Notes: generated by a model not told the origin, from the letters alone. A DNA stretch of 64,000 bases from Gammaproteobacteria bacterium (GCA_965238175.1 CBDEGZ010000003.1:1120001-1184000); one strand, 5' to 3'; positions 53,364 through 63,956 are shown, counted from the stretch's first letter. A program made the numbers and translations.

Positions 53364-53685
53364 GTAGAATTACCTCTTAAATAAACAAAAAATAAATCAA
53401 TTGCGGTTTAGCGAGGTAATACACAGGAGATGCCTTCCTGGAAACTTCTGAAACCTATTAAAACGTGCAATCAAACTTGTATAGCAGTCAATATCACTAT
53501 TTATAATACAAAATATAAACCACTAACACATATATTGTAGACCTATCTGGCCCAAGATCAAACATTTAGTACGACTATTTACTTTTCTTATAGGTAAAGT
53601 TTGTGAACAATTCAACATAAATTGCCACCAATAATCATAAATTTACCTCATTGTAGGTATATGGCTTGGCTATTTGGAGTGTGTA

Positions 53686-53850
53686 TTATTTTTTATTGCA
53701 ATTAACTTCTTTTGATCCATCACATTGATCAGCATTTCCAGTGCCGCCGATCCCACCTTCTTCAATACGAGTATTTGAAGTTGCACAAGAAGCTAATAAC
53801 AGAATAATAGAAAGCGTAAGTATTTTTCGTATGACGTCAGTCTTCATCAT
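53686..53850 (-). CDS. Small lipoprotein with a GGIGGTG motif (resembles the N-terminus of DUF5666 proteins)
   Basis: Lipobox LLASC followed by EGGIGGTG; overlaps the end of the upstream gene. Confidence 0.55.
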   Translation of the reverse strand: MMKTDVIRKILTLSIILLLASCATSNTRIEEGGIGGTGNADQCDGSKEVNCNKK

Positions 53851-54655
53851 TTTTTTCCTCGAAGTAATAAATTCCAACACCAATACGTTGGGTGCCTTTT
53901 TTGATTATTTTAGGATTTGTATCACTATCGTAATTTGCAAGTAATTGATTTAAATCTTCTAAACAGCTTTGTGAGCGGTTATTGAGTTTTTTCCGTAAGA
54001 AAGGCAGCGCCTCTTTGCCGATGGCGTTATATGAGACTTTTCTTTGAAAGTAAGGCTCTTGAGGATCGATAAAAATATTGTGATCAATTGTGTTTATGAG
54101 ATCACGCACATCGGTTCCGAGTATACGGATCTTTTCATCCACGTTATTTGATGGAATGTAGGCTTTTTTGATCAACTTTATTTTGTTATCAGATAATTGC
54201 TGGATAGCGCCGACACGTAATAATTCATCAGCGATTGCACCGGATGGAACATCTCCGCTATAGATTTTTACGAGTGCTTTGAAACTAGAATCTCCTTTAT
54301 CAAGGAACAATTCTGTTGGTTCACCAGCTTTATTCTGAAATGACGGATCATTTATCCAGCCGGAAATAACCCGAGCAGCTCGATTGTATTGTTGGGTCAT
54401 GTCGGAAAGATCGATCTTATCTATGGATTTTGCGCGGGAAACCTCTTTTCTAGTTAGGCCTGTCAGTGTCGAAATTCTTGAAACAGATTGTTTTTTGCCA
54501 GAGATAGCAAACTCAGCCTCAGCGACTTCTATATAGAGCTTTTTCAGTAACTCACTTAGTGCATTGAATGCGATTCCGTTGCGTAATAACAAACGTACCA
54601 GCGGTTTTAATAACTGGTAAATCGCTTTGCTGAGGACAGTTGAAGAATGATCCAT
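53837..54655 (-). CDS. DUF6502-like protein with a predicted HTH
   Basis: LLKPLVRLLLRNGI, SRISTLTGLTRKEV and RIGVGIYYFEE; start placed at MDHSS. Confidence 0.7.
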   Translation of the reverse strand: MDHSSTVLSKAIYQLLKPLVRLLLRNGIAFNALSELLKKLYIEVAEAEFAISGKKQSVSRISTLTGLTRKEVSRAKSIDKIDLSDMTQQYNRAARVISGWINDPSFQNKAGEPTELFLDKGDSSFKALVKIYSGDVPSGAIADELLRVGAIQQLSDNKIKLIKKAYIPSNNVDEKIRILGTDVRDLINTIDHNIFIDPQEPYFQRKVSYNAIGKEALPFLRKKLNNRSQSCLEDLNQLLANYDSDTNPKIIKKGTQRIGVGIYYFEEKNDED

Positions 54656-54695
54656 ATCGATACTGTAGTTGATCAGACTTGAATTATCAAAAAAA

Positions 54696-54738
54696 TGGGT
54701 TATTATTCCCAAATAATTTATTGGGAAATTAATCCCAA
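54696..54738. promoter_or_regulatory. Pair of palindromic operator-like sites TGGG-N8-CCCA
   Basis: TGGGTTATTATTCCCA (54696) and TGGGAAATTAATCCCA (54722) in a divergent intergenic region. Confidence 0.6.
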
Positions 54739-54757
54739 TAAATTTCAATAAAGGAGA

Positions 54758-55612
54758 ATGAATATGAATAACTTTTTGATCACAGCAATACTCTCAGCTT
54801 CAGTTTTATTATCAGCTTGTAGTTCACATATCCAAACAACCTCAGGCAAAGCCTATTTGGATAAATATGATCCGACTTTGGATCGTTATGCTGAGAGTCC
54901 TAAAAATGAAAATAATAAAATAACCGAAACGCCACATCCGCAGAATATTAATCAGCTAATCAGGCAAGTTGCATCCGTTGAACCAACCCTTAGATTCCCT
55001 GCCAGAATAGGCGTCGCAAGAATTGATCGTGGTTATTTATCACCTATTCCGCCGACAGAAATTGAGGCATGGGCCAACAGTAGCAAACAGCTTGGTGATG
55101 AGTTTGGAGAATTTATTCCCGTTAATCCAATGATTATCGATATGGTCGTGTCTTCAGAAATGTATCAAACCAGTTCAGGTTATGACAAGCATGCGAGAGA
55201 TGTCGTCAGTAAGATTAGGTTAGGTGCGGCTCGTCAGCATTTGGATGCAGTTTTGATCTATGAAGTTTATAGTCGTGAGAATAGCGACAGCAATTTTCTG
55301 TCGGTGGCGAATCTAACCATTTTAGGCGCTTATATTCTGCCATCAAAAGCCATTACAGCCGAAGGTTTTGCTAACGCAATGTTAATCGATGTTTTACAAG
55401 GCTATCCGTATGGCACGGTGGACACGACAATTGATAAAAGTGAAATGACCACAACCAATGGAGAGTGGGATAAACGACAACAACTTTCCAATGAAATAAA
55501 AGCAGAAGTGACTATAAAACTGGTCGAGGAAGTGAAAGACATGTTTAAAGATTTGCAATTGCAGTTGTTACGTAAAAGGGCTGAAAAAGCGCAGGGGAGT
55601 ACAGCTACGTAA
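54758..55612 (+). CDS. Uncharacterised lipoprotein
   Basis: AAGGAG RBS, lipobox LSAC, LRFPARIGVARI. Confidence 0.75.
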   Translation: MNMNNFLITAILSASVLLSACSSHIQTTSGKAYLDKYDPTLDRYAESPKNENNKITETPHPQNINQLIRQVASVEPTLRFPARIGVARIDRGYLSPIPPTEIEAWANSSKQLGDEFGEFIPVNPMIIDMVVSSEMYQTSSGYDKHARDVVSKIRLGAARQHLDAVLIYEVYSRENSDSNFLSVANLTILGAYILPSKAITAEGFANAMLIDVLQGYPYGTVDTTIDKSEMTTTNGEWDKRQQLSNEIKAEVTIKLVEEVKDMFKDLQLQLLRKRAEKAQGSTAT

Positions 55613-55712
55613 GGTGTAATCTGACGATGTGGACGTTGGAGGTAGAGTAACGCAGGAGCAGTTGCAGCTACCGAGCCTTGCGTATTCCGATAGGCTTTGA
55701 TGTTGGGTTATG

Positions 55713-56938
55713 TGTAGAAGTTTAGACCCAATCTGACACATCACTAAATCAAGCGGAGCGTAGCGACGCTTGATTTAGTGAGAGTTACCCGCTTTGATGT
55801 AACTGCAACGTAAACATCAAAACACAAAGAGGTAACTCTCATGATTCATACTAATGACAAAGTTATAAAACATAAAGTTGGTCTACTCAATCTCGCTGAA
55901 GAACTCGGCAATGTCTCAAAAGCCTGCAAGATGATGGGTTTGTCCAGAGATACATTTTATCGCTACAAAGAAGCGGCTGATGAAGGCGGTGTAGAAGCCT
56001 TGTTTGATCGTAATCGGCGTACCCCAAATCTTAAAAACAGAATCGACCCGGCTATTGAAACCGTTGTGCTCGAGTATGCACTGGAAGAGCCCGCACATGG
56101 TCAAACGCGCACCAGTAACGAGCTGCGCAAACGGGGAACATTTGTCTCACCCAGTGGCGTTCGTTGTATCTGGCTTCGTCATGGTCTTGCTTGCTTTAAA
56201 GATCGCCTGAAGGCATTGTCTGATAAGGTAGCTGGTGAAGGCTTGATCCTCACTGAGTCTCAAGTCGCGGCGATGGAACGCAAGAAAGACGACGATGAGG
56301 CTTGTGGCGAGATAGAGACGGCACACCCTGGTTATCTTGGCTCGCAAGATACTTACTATGTCGGTACTTTCAAAGGCATTGGTCGGGTTTATCAACAAAC
56401 GTTTGTTGATACTTACAGCAAGGTCGCTCACGCGAAACTGTACCCGACTAAAACACCGATTACGGCAGCTGACATGCTCAATGACCGCGTCCTCCCATTC
56501 TACGAAGAACAACGTTTGCCTATGTTGCGCATTTTGACAGATAGAGGGACGGAGTATTGTGGGCGAGCTGACCAGCATGATTATCAGCTTTATATGGCGT
56601 TGAACAATATCGAACACACCAAAACCAAGGTCAAATCACCTCAGACGAATGGTATTTGTGAGCGATTCCATAAGACGATCCTCAATGAGTTTTATCAAGT
56701 CGCTTTGCGTAAGAAAATTTACCAATCGATTGATGAACTGCAACTCGACCTTGACGAATGGTTGCTCAAATACAATACTCAACGAACTCACCAAGGCAAA
56801 ATGTGCTGCGGGAGGACGCCGATGGAAACACTCATCGACGGACAAGCTATCTGGAAGGAAAAGTTTGTGAATTAAACTTAACCTGACAGTCGGTTACTGA
56901 TAATTGGGTAACTGTCAGATCAAATCTGAATTTCTACA
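55713..56938 (+). mobile_element. IS481-family element, copy 1 (1226 bp)
   Basis: TGTAGAA...TTCTACA ends; 7-bp duplication GGTTATG (55706-55712 and 56939-56945). Confidence 0.93.
55841..56875 (+). CDS. IS481-family transposase
   Basis: HTH N-terminus; QDT, TDRGTEY and NGICERFH integrase core. Confidence 0.95.
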   Translation: MIHTNDKVIKHKVGLLNLAEELGNVSKACKMMGLSRDTFYRYKEAADEGGVEALFDRNRRTPNLKNRIDPAIETVVLEYALEEPAHGQTRTSNELRKRGTFVSPSGVRCIWLRHGLACFKDRLKALSDKVAGEGLILTESQVAAMERKKDDDEACGEIETAHPGYLGSQDTYYVGTFKGIGRVYQQTFVDTYSKVAHAKLYPTKTPITAADMLNDRVLPFYEEQRLPMLRILTDRGTEYCGRADQHDYQLYMALNNIEHTKTKVKSPQTNGICERFHKTILNEFYQVALRKKIYQSIDELQLDLDEWLLKYNTQRTHQGKMCCGRTPMETLIDGQAIWKEKFVN

Positions 56939-57028
56939 GGTTATGGCATAAAAAAGCATGCTTCGATTTTTGTTCCAGGCGGAATTCTATCTCCTGTATC
57001 CATACAGTCGTAACCCAATTTACGAAAT

Positions 57029-58183
57029 TTAGGCGAGATAATGATCAGGAATAATAACTTCACCGCGCATCAAGGTTCTGGCTGTTCGCATAATTGATGC
57101 GCTGTGGGCTAGCCAGTTTGTATCGATATTTTCAGTGATGGCGCTGGCATCCATAACGCCGGCACTGTGTCCAATCCTTAAATTACCCAACTGTTTTTGT
57201 GATGCGACATCTGACACCAGAGTCTCTGGAATAGATGCCGCAACAGCAACTGCAATTGCACCTGTGCCGGTAAAGGCGTGGTGAAGTTTACCCATCGAGA
57301 ATATTCGTGCGCAAAGATCTATTTGATCGTTTTTGATCATATTTCCTTGGGTCGATTGATAATCCTGTGCTTTTGAAACAAAGGCCAGTTTGGGTGTCGC
57401 AGGTTGCAGGTGTGCTTGTTCGACAGTTTTAGTCAGGCCCATTTTAACCGCTGCAGCACAACGTATCTCTTCTACTTGATCGAGTAGTGTTTGATCGGCA
57501 TTAATTTGATCAGGTAATTCTGTTCCTTTAAGTCCTAGATCTTTTGTATTTACGAACACGGTTGCATTTCCAGCGATGACTAAGGAAACGGTTATTTGTT
57601 TATTTTGATCGTAGGTCAGTTTTTCAGAGGTGTTTCCTGTCGGTAGAATAATGCCGTTTTGTCCACCGGGCTTTATAAATTCAACTTTGATCGCGGAGCC
57701 TGTGTTGGGAATTCCGGCTATTTGATAATCACCATTATTGATCACATTTCCATCAGCTGAGGTTGGAACGTGAATGATCATTTTTTGTGACAGGTTGGTT
57801 TGCCAGACGCGGACGGAGGTCATACCAGTAGGATCTGCTTTGACCATTCCTTGTTCAATTGCAAAAACGCCGATCGCTGAAGACAGGTTTCCACAATTGC
57901 CGGAATAGTCGATAACAGGTTGATCGATTGCCACATGACCAAAGGTGTAATCGACATCAAAGCCTTCTTTATCAGAAGGTTTGATCAAGACTATTTTGCT
58001 GGTGCTTGAGGTCGCACCACCGAGTCCATCGATTTTTTTTCCATAGGGATCTGGGCTGCCGATGACGGCGAGTAAAAGTTGATTTCGGAATATCGGATCT
58101 TCGGGTAAATTTTGAGGATCAATAAATAAACCTTTGCTTGTGCCGCCACGCATCCAGACAGCGGGGAGAATTTTTGTTGTCAT
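57029..58183 (-). CDS. prpF: 2-methylaconitate isomerase PrpF family
   Basis: WMRGGTSKG, DGLGGATSSTSK, SGNCGNLS, SMGKLHHA and MRTARTLMRG motifs. Confidence 0.88.
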   Translation of the reverse strand: MTTKILPAVWMRGGTSKGLFIDPQNLPEDPIFRNQLLLAVIGSPDPYGKKIDGLGGATSSTSKIVLIKPSDKEGFDVDYTFGHVAIDQPVIDYSGNCGNLSSAIGVFAIEQGMVKADPTGMTSVRVWQTNLSQKMIIHVPTSADGNVINNGDYQIAGIPNTGSAIKVEFIKPGGQNGIILPTGNTSEKLTYDQNKQITVSLVIAGNATVFVNTKDLGLKGTELPDQINADQTLLDQVEEIRCAAAVKMGLTKTVEQAHLQPATPKLAFVSKAQDYQSTQGNMIKNDQIDLCARIFSMGKLHHAFTGTGAIAVAVAASIPETLVSDVASQKQLGNLRIGHSAGVMDASAITENIDTNWLAHSASIMRTARTLMRGEVIIPDHYLA

Positions 58184-58303
58184 AAGTTTTGAGTTTAGAG
58201 GAATCTCAAAGGGAGCTTTGCACGAAATGAATAAGAGTTCAAAAAAGTATGCTGTTAAAGTTTTGCAGATAACTTATCCTGAGTTCATATATGGTCTCCT
58301 CCC

Positions 58304-58533
58304 GTATTGCAAGATAAAACATTCAGATAACAGGGACAGGATTGCTGTCATATATACGGCCTTCAATGAAGTTTTCAACTTCTGACCTGGATGTATTACG
58401 CGCCTATTTTCCTTATCAGGTTATCGGTATTAGTTACCCCTGAGCTCGACAGGTTTTCAATAGGCTGGTTTGACCTGTTATGCCATCTTTAGTTTTACCT
58501 TCGCAATTCGTTGAAATGATTTGTTCTCTCTAT
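58304..58533 (-). ncRNA. Predicted seekRNA/bridge RNA region of copy 2
   Basis: Reverse complement of 51828-52057. Confidence 0.8.
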
Positions 58534-59547
58534 TTAGGCCGGTGAGTAGTCATCACCAGAAACCGTTATAGCCCAGGCCATTCTTGCCATTTTGTTGGCA
58601 TACGCCACACACGCTCGATTATGCCCCCGCGTCTCAACTAAACGATTAATCCATTGACTCAGTTTATCGCCTTTCGTTTTGGCTCTTGATACCACGGCCT
58701 TCGCGCCTAGAATTAACAAACAACGAAGGTATTTATTGCCGCGTTTACTGATCCCCAGTAGCACCTCTTTACCACCACTACTGTACTGTCGTGGAACAAG
58801 TCCTAATGAGGCGGACACATCGCGCCCTTTGTGATAATGAGCGCCGTTTCCCACTTCATTAAAATACGCGCTCGAGACCATCGGCCCAAACCCTGGAATA
58901 GTTTGTAAGCGTTGGCAAATCGCATTGTTTTTTGCCGATTGAATGATCAATTGGTCAAATGTCGCAATACAGGCATCAAGTGATTGCCATTGTTCCTTTA
59001 GCTGGCGCAGTATCCTTTTGAAAGTAACGGACAACCGTTCGTTCTCATCACTTAATAGCAACGGGATAGATTGACGTAGGGTATTTAGGCCGGGACGAAG
59101 GCTAATGCCATATTCTGCAACAAGCGCTCTCATTTGGTTACATAATGCGGTTCTTTGTCTGACCGCTAAGTCTCTTGCTTTATGTTGTGCCTGGTTGTCT
59201 TGTTGCTCAACTGATTTAATGCCCACACTTTTTAAATGAGGTTGTTTCGCAGCAACGGCGATGGCCAAGGCATCGTTATAATCATTCTTATTGCCGATTA
59301 GAAATGCGTTAACATGCTGAGGTGGTAGTAATTTCACCTGATGTCCCTGTTGTTGTATCGCTCGGGCCCAATACTGTGACGTTGCACAAGATTCTATTGC
59401 GACTAAACAAGGAGGTTGAGATTGAAAAAAGGAGAGTACCTGCGCTCGCTTTAACATTTTCTTTTTGATTATACGCCCTTGTTGATTACAGCAGACAGCA
59501 TGAAATACGTTTTTTGCTATGTCTAACCCGATTGTTGTAGTCTTCAT
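58534..59547 (-). CDS. IS1111-type DEDD recombinase/transposase
   Basis: Identical translation to copy 1. Confidence 0.95.
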   Translation of the reverse strand: MKTTTIGLDIAKNVFHAVCCNQQGRIIKKKMLKRAQVLSFFQSQPPCLVAIESCATSQYWARAIQQQGHQVKLLPPQHVNAFLIGNKNDYNDALAIAVAAKQPHLKSVGIKSVEQQDNQAQHKARDLAVRQRTALCNQMRALVAEYGISLRPGLNTLRQSIPLLLSDENERLSVTFKRILRQLKEQWQSLDACIATFDQLIIQSAKNNAICQRLQTIPGFGPMVSSAYFNEVGNGAHYHKGRDVSASLGLVPRQYSSGGKEVLLGISKRGNKYLRCLLILGAKAVVSRAKTKGDKLSQWINRLVETRGHNRACVAYANKMARMAWAITVSGDDYSPA

Positions 59548-59799
59548 TTTGGTCTTCTCCTCTTTTGATTGTGTGTATGTCAGTTCAATCATGGCACCTA
59601 GATGCCGTTAGGGGGAGGAGACCATCACATCAGGTTAACTTAAGCAATTCAGATCTGGAGAAACATCTGGCAGAAGCTACACGGTTCCGTTGTTTCGTGG
59701 ATTTAAGGTTAATCATCGAAATGGGTTTATGGCGTTTAATCACTGTCTTGTAAAGTGTTTATTAGTATTTTCATGTCAGAGTCTGTTCTTAAGTCCATT

Positions 59800-59836
59800 A
59801 TAAAAAAAGACTATCGAGGCTATAGCAATTAAGAAT
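59800..59836. promoter_or_regulatory. Putative OxyR binding site upstream of katG
   Basis: ATAA-N7-CTAT-N7-ATAG-N7-GAAT versus ATAG-N7-CTAT-N7-ATAG-N7-CTAT (13/16). Confidence 0.65.
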
Positions 59837-59918
59837 TAGACAGAAACTTTACATCCTCCTATCTTATCTTCGTCACACGACTCAATACATATAAAGCTAA
59901 AAATATAAGGAGGCAGAG

Positions 59919-62162
59919 ATGCTTAAAGAAACAATAAAATTAATGACGATTATAGTAATAGCTTTTTTAATGATTGTATTATCTACAATCGTTTCGATTG
60001 ACTTAGCAATAGCGCAGGATAAGGCTGTGACCAATGAATATTGGTGGCCAAACAGCCTCGATCTTAAATCGCTTCGTAATAATTCTTCAGAATCAAATCC
60101 TCTAGGTGTTGATTTTAATTATGCTGAAGAATTCGCAAGCTTAGATCTGGATGCCGTAAAAAGAGATCTGGAGGTACTAATGACCACATCTCAGGACTGG
60201 TGGCCAGCAGATTATGGTCACTACGGTCCTTTTTTCATTCGTCTTGCCTGGCACAGTGCAGGTACGTATCGAGTAAGCGACGGTCGCGGTGGCGCATATG
60301 GTGGCATGCAGCGTTTTGCACCTTTGAATAGTTGGCCTGACAATGCCAATTTGGATAAAGCACGGCGCTTACTTTGGCCGCTTAAACAAAAATACGGTAA
60401 TAAGATCTCATGGGGAGACTTAATGGTACTTGCTGGAACCGTTGCTATGGAATCAATGGGTTTTAGAACCCTGGGTTTTGCTGGTGGACGTGTAGACGGT
60501 TGGGAACCTGAAGTAATTAATTGGGGTGCTGAAGGAGAATGGCTCTCAGATAGCAAACGTTATCATGGAAAAAGGGAATTGAAAAAACCATTTGGAGCTG
60601 TCCAAATGGGTTTGATTTACGTAAATCCTGAAGGGCCTAATGGTAATCCTGATCCTCTTGCCGCAGCAGCTGATATCCGTCTGGCATTTGGTCGTATGGC
60701 GATGAATGATGAAGAAACTGTTGCGCTAATTGCTGGCGGACATACTTTTGGTAAAGCGCATGGTGCTGCTGATCCTCATCAGTACGTTGGCAAGGAACCA
60801 GAAGGTGAAAGTATCGAAGCTCAAGGTACGGGTTGGAACAGTAGTTATAAAAGCGGTAAAGCTGGAGACACCATTACCAGTGGTTTAGAGGGTGCCTGGA
60901 CAAGTAATCCTGCTGCCTGGACGCACAATTATCTACAAAACCTCTATGCTTTCAATTGGGTTAAAACCAAGAGCCCCGCAGGTGCAACCCAGTGGATTCC
61001 AGATACTGAGGACGCATCGAATCTTGTTCCAGATGCACATGACCGATCGAAGAGACATGCGCCGATTATGTTCACAACTGACCTTGCCCTTAGATTTGAC
61101 CCTGAATATGGCAAGATCACCAAACGTTGGTTAGACAACCCTAAAGAGTTTGAAACTGCTTTTGCGAAAGCGTGGTTCAAACTAACGCATCGAGATATGG
61201 GGCCGAGTTCGCGTTATCTTGGTTCTATGGTGCCTGAAGAAAAGATGATCTGGCAGGATAATATCCCTACTGTAAATCATAAGCTAATTAGTCATGATGA
61301 GGCGGAGAAACTTGAATCCATCATTCTAAAGTCAGGTTTAACTATTCCTGAACTGGTAAGAACAGCCTGGGCATCAGCATCTACTTTCCGTGCTACTGAT
61401 TTCCGTGGTGGTGGAAATGGTGCACGTATTCGACTGGCTCCTCAAAAGGATTGGGCGGTGAATCAACCTGAAGAATTGGCTAAAGTGCTAAAAAAATTGG
61501 AAGGCATTCAAAAAGACTTTAATGAATCGCTTTCCGATGGTAAGCAAGTATCACTTGCTGATGTGATTGTTATAGCTGGGAATACAGCGATTGAAGCAGC
61601 AGCCAGAAAAGCTGGGCATAATGTTGAAGTACCTTTTACCGTTGGTCGTGTTGATGCATCGCAAGCACAAACTGATGTCTATTCATTTGCTAATCTTGAA
61701 CCAAATGCTGATGGCTTCCGTAATTACTTTGTAAGCGGTAATTCAGAATCACCAGCGGAGTTGTTGGTTGATAAAGCTAGTACACTATCATTAACAATAC
61801 CTGAAATGACGGTTCTGATTGGTGGTATGCGTTCTTTGGGTGCCAATGTTGGAAGCTCTAAACACGGTGTGTTTACAGATAAAGCGGGCGTTTTGAGTAA
61901 CGACTTCTTTGTGAATTTGTTGGATTTGTCCACGAAATGGACGAAGTCCGCAAGTTCTGAAGGGGTTTACGAAGGCAGTGATCGTGCAACAGGCAAAGTT
62001 AAGTGGACGGCAACACCGGTTGATCTGGTTTTTGGGTCGAACAGTGAGTTACGTGCTGTTTCAGAAGTTTATGCACTGAACGATTCAGATAAAAAGTTTG
62101 TTAATGACTTTGTTAAAGCGTGGACTAAGGTAATGAATCTTGATCGTTTTGATGTGCTTTGA
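59919..62162 (+). CDS. katG: Catalase-peroxidase with an N-terminal signal peptide
   Basis: [31 protein letters not shown] and GGHTFGK motifs; hydrophobic leader ending in AIA. Confidence 0.95.
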   Translation: MLKETIKLMTIIVIAFLMIVLSTIVSIDLAIAQDKAVTNEYWWPNSLDLKSLRNNSSESNPLGVDFNYAEEFASLDLDAVKRDLEVLMTTSQDWWPADYGHYGPFFIRLAWHSAGTYRVSDGRGGAYGGMQRFAPLNSWPDNANLDKARRLLWPLKQKYGNKISWGDLMVLAGTVAMESMGFRTLGFAGGRVDGWEPEVINWGAEGEWLSDSKRYHGKRELKKPFGAVQMGLIYVNPEGPNGNPDPLAAAADIRLAFGRMAMNDEETVALIAGGHTFGKAHGAADPHQYVGKEPEGESIEAQGTGWNSSYKSGKAGDTITSGLEGAWTSNPAAWTHNYLQNLYAFNWVKTKSPAGATQWIPDTEDASNLVPDAHDRSKRHAPIMFTTDLALRFDPEYGKITKRWLDNPKEFETAFAKAWFKLTHRDMGPSSRYLGSMVPEEKMIWQDNIPTVNHKLISHDEAEKLESIILKSGLTIPELVRTAWASASTFRATDFRGGGNGARIRLAPQKDWAVNQPEELAKVLKKLEGIQKDFNESLSDGKQVSLADVIVIAGNTAIEAAARKAGHNVEVPFTVGRVDASQAQTDVYSFANLEPNADGFRNYFVSGNSESPAELLVDKASTLSLTIPEMTVLIGGMRSLGANVGSSKHGVFTDKAGVLSNDFFVNLLDLSTKWTKSASSEGVYEGSDRATGKVKWTATPVDLVFGSNSELRAVSEVYALNDSDKKFVNDFVKAWTKVMNLDRFDVL

Positions 62163-62216
62163 TCTTAGTTGGAGAAAGTGTTTGAAAGTTACAGTACGCT
62201 ATTTTCTATGAAACAG

Positions 62217-62249
62217 AAAAGGGACTGATTGTGAAATCAGTCCCTTTTT
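62217..62249 (+). terminator. Intrinsic terminator after katG
   Basis: AAAAGGGACTGATT-GTGA-AATCAGTCCCTTTTT. Confidence 0.85.
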
Positions 62250-62258
62250 GTAATACAG

Positions 62259-63484
62259 TGTAGAAATTCAGATTTGATCTGACAGTTACCCAATTATCAG
62301 TAACCGACTGTCAGGTTAAGTTTAATTCACAAACTTTTCCTTCCAGATAGCTTGTCCGTCGATGAGTGTTTCCATCGGCGTCCTCCCGCAGCACATTTTG
62401 CCTTGGTGAGTTCGTTGAGTATTGTATTTGAGCAACCATTCGTCAAGGTCGAGTTGCAGTTCATCAATCGATTGGTAAATTTTCTTACGCAAAGCGACTT
62501 GATAAAACTCATTGAGGATCGTCTTATGGAATCGCTCACAAATACCATTCGTCTGAGGTGATTTGACCTTGGTTTTGGTGTGTTCGATATTGTTCAACGC
62601 CATATAAAGCTGATAATCATGCTGGTCAGCTCGCCCACAATACTCCGTCCCTCTATCTGTCAAAATGCGCAACATAGGCAAACGTTGTTGTTCGTAGAAT
62701 GGGAGGACGCGGTCATTGAGCATGTCAGCTGCCGTAATCGGTATTTTAGTCGGGTACAGTTTCGCGTGAGCGACCTTGCTGTAAGTATCAACAAACGTTT
62801 GTTGATAAACCCGACCAATGCCTTTGAAAGTACCGACATAGTAAGTATCTTGCGAGCCAAGATAACCAGGGTGTGCCGTCTCTATCTCGCCACAAGCCTC
62901 ATCGTCGTCTTTCTTGCGTTCCATCGCCGCGACTTGAGACTCAGTGAGGATCAAGCCTTCACCAGCTACCTTATCAGACAATGCCTTCAGGCGATCTTTA
63001 AAGCAAGCAAGACCATGACGAAGCCAGATACAACGAACGCCACTGGGTGAGACAAATGTTCCCCGTTTGCGCAGCTCGTTACTGGTGCGCGTTTGACCAT
63101 GTGCGGGCTCTTCCAGTGCATACTCGAGCACAACGGTTTCAATAGCCGGGTCGATTCTGTTTTTAAGATTTGGGGTACGCCGATTACGATCAAACAAGGC
63201 TTCTACACCGCCTTCATCAGCCGCTTCTTTGTAGCGATAAAATGTATCTCTGGACAAACCCATCATCTTGCAGGCTTTTGAGACATTGCCGAGTTCTTCA
63301 GCGAGATTGAGTAGACCAACTTTATGTTTTATAACTTTGTCATTAGTATGAATCATGAGAGTTACCTCTTTGTGTTTTGATGTTTACGTTGCAGTTACAT
63401 CAAAGCGGGTAACTCTCACTAAATCAAGCGTCGCTACGCTCCGCTTGATTTAGTGATGTGTCAGATTGGGTCTAAACTTCTACA
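62259..63484 (-). mobile_element. IS481-family element, copy 2 (1226 bp)
   Basis: Same ends as copy 1; 7-bp duplication AATACAG (62252-62258 and 63485-63491). Confidence 0.93.
62322..63356 (-). CDS. IS481-family transposase
   Basis: Differs from copy 1 at two residues (KTP/KIP and YEEQ/YEQQ). Confidence 0.95.
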   Translation of the reverse strand: MIHTNDKVIKHKVGLLNLAEELGNVSKACKMMGLSRDTFYRYKEAADEGGVEALFDRNRRTPNLKNRIDPAIETVVLEYALEEPAHGQTRTSNELRKRGTFVSPSGVRCIWLRHGLACFKDRLKALSDKVAGEGLILTESQVAAMERKKDDDEACGEIETAHPGYLGSQDTYYVGTFKGIGRVYQQTFVDTYSKVAHAKLYPTKIPITAADMLNDRVLPFYEQQRLPMLRILTDRGTEYCGRADQHDYQLYMALNNIEHTKTKVKSPQTNGICERFHKTILNEFYQVALRKKIYQSIDELQLDLDEWLLKYNTQRTHQGKMCCGRTPMETLIDGQAIWKEKFVN

Positions 63485-63527
63485 AATACAGATATGCTTG
63501 AAGAGTGTTTAATATATTTAAGAGTTT

Positions 63528-63956
63528 TTACTGAACAATAAAGGTAGTAAACAACACTTCTTCGACTTTGAGTTTCTTTTCCAAGGTATCGAGGTGTTTA
63601 TTCATATTTTCCATGGCTTGAGTCTGTAATTCTGCTCTTGCATCAGCCGATTGCAGTTCTTGTTTGGTTTTGCTGGAAAGTAGCATAACTAGTTCATGTC
63701 TGATCGGCGCTTTGTGAAATCGGAGTTTGTCAGCGACGTCTTCGCCCAAGGCAACAAGTTGTACTTCCGCTTTCAAGTAGCTTGATGGTGTAGTATTGCC
63801 TAAGTTCACAACAAAAGCGGGAGCAAAATCAACGTACATAGTTTCAGGTTCTTCTACTTCCTCACCTTCTTCGTCTTCTGCGTAGACTGCAGAAAAGTTG
63901 ATTGCCAAGAATGCCATAAGTAATAGTTGGAATAAGCGTATATTGAATTTATGCAA
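63528..63956 (-). CDS. fliL: Flagellar basal-body-associated FliL-like protein
   Basis: FVVNL, YLKAEVQL, PIRHELVMLLS and EEVLFTTFIVQ motifs. Confidence 0.8.
   Translation of the reverse strand: MHKFNIRLFQLLLMAFLAINFSAVYAEDEEGEEVEEPETMYVDFAPAFVVNLGNTTPSSYLKAEVQLVALGEDVADKLRFHKAPIRHELVMLLSSKTKQELQSADARAELQTQAMENMNKHLDTLEKKLKVEEVLFTTFIVQ

Larger units (their letters stand above)
58288..59632 (-). mobile_element. IS1111-type element, copy 2 (1345 bp)
   Basis: Same IRs and identical protein as copy 1; inserted within TCCTGAGTTCA|GGT. Confidence 0.93.

Noticed and set aside
56874-56896. TAACCTGACAGTCGG in the IS481 right end as another IS1111 target
   Set aside because: It matches the left guide but not the right guide (TGACAGT versus TGAGCTC), both copies are unoccupied, and it is explained by IS481 subterminal repeats.
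58134-58385. 83-aa ORF crossing the IS1111 end
   Set aside because: It spans the prpF start, intergenic DNA and the IS terminus, so it is a chance frame.
55713-63484. Composite transposon formed by the inverted IS481 copies around prpF-katG
   Set aside because: Each copy has its own distinct 7-bp duplication (GGTTATG and AATACAG), indicating independent insertions.
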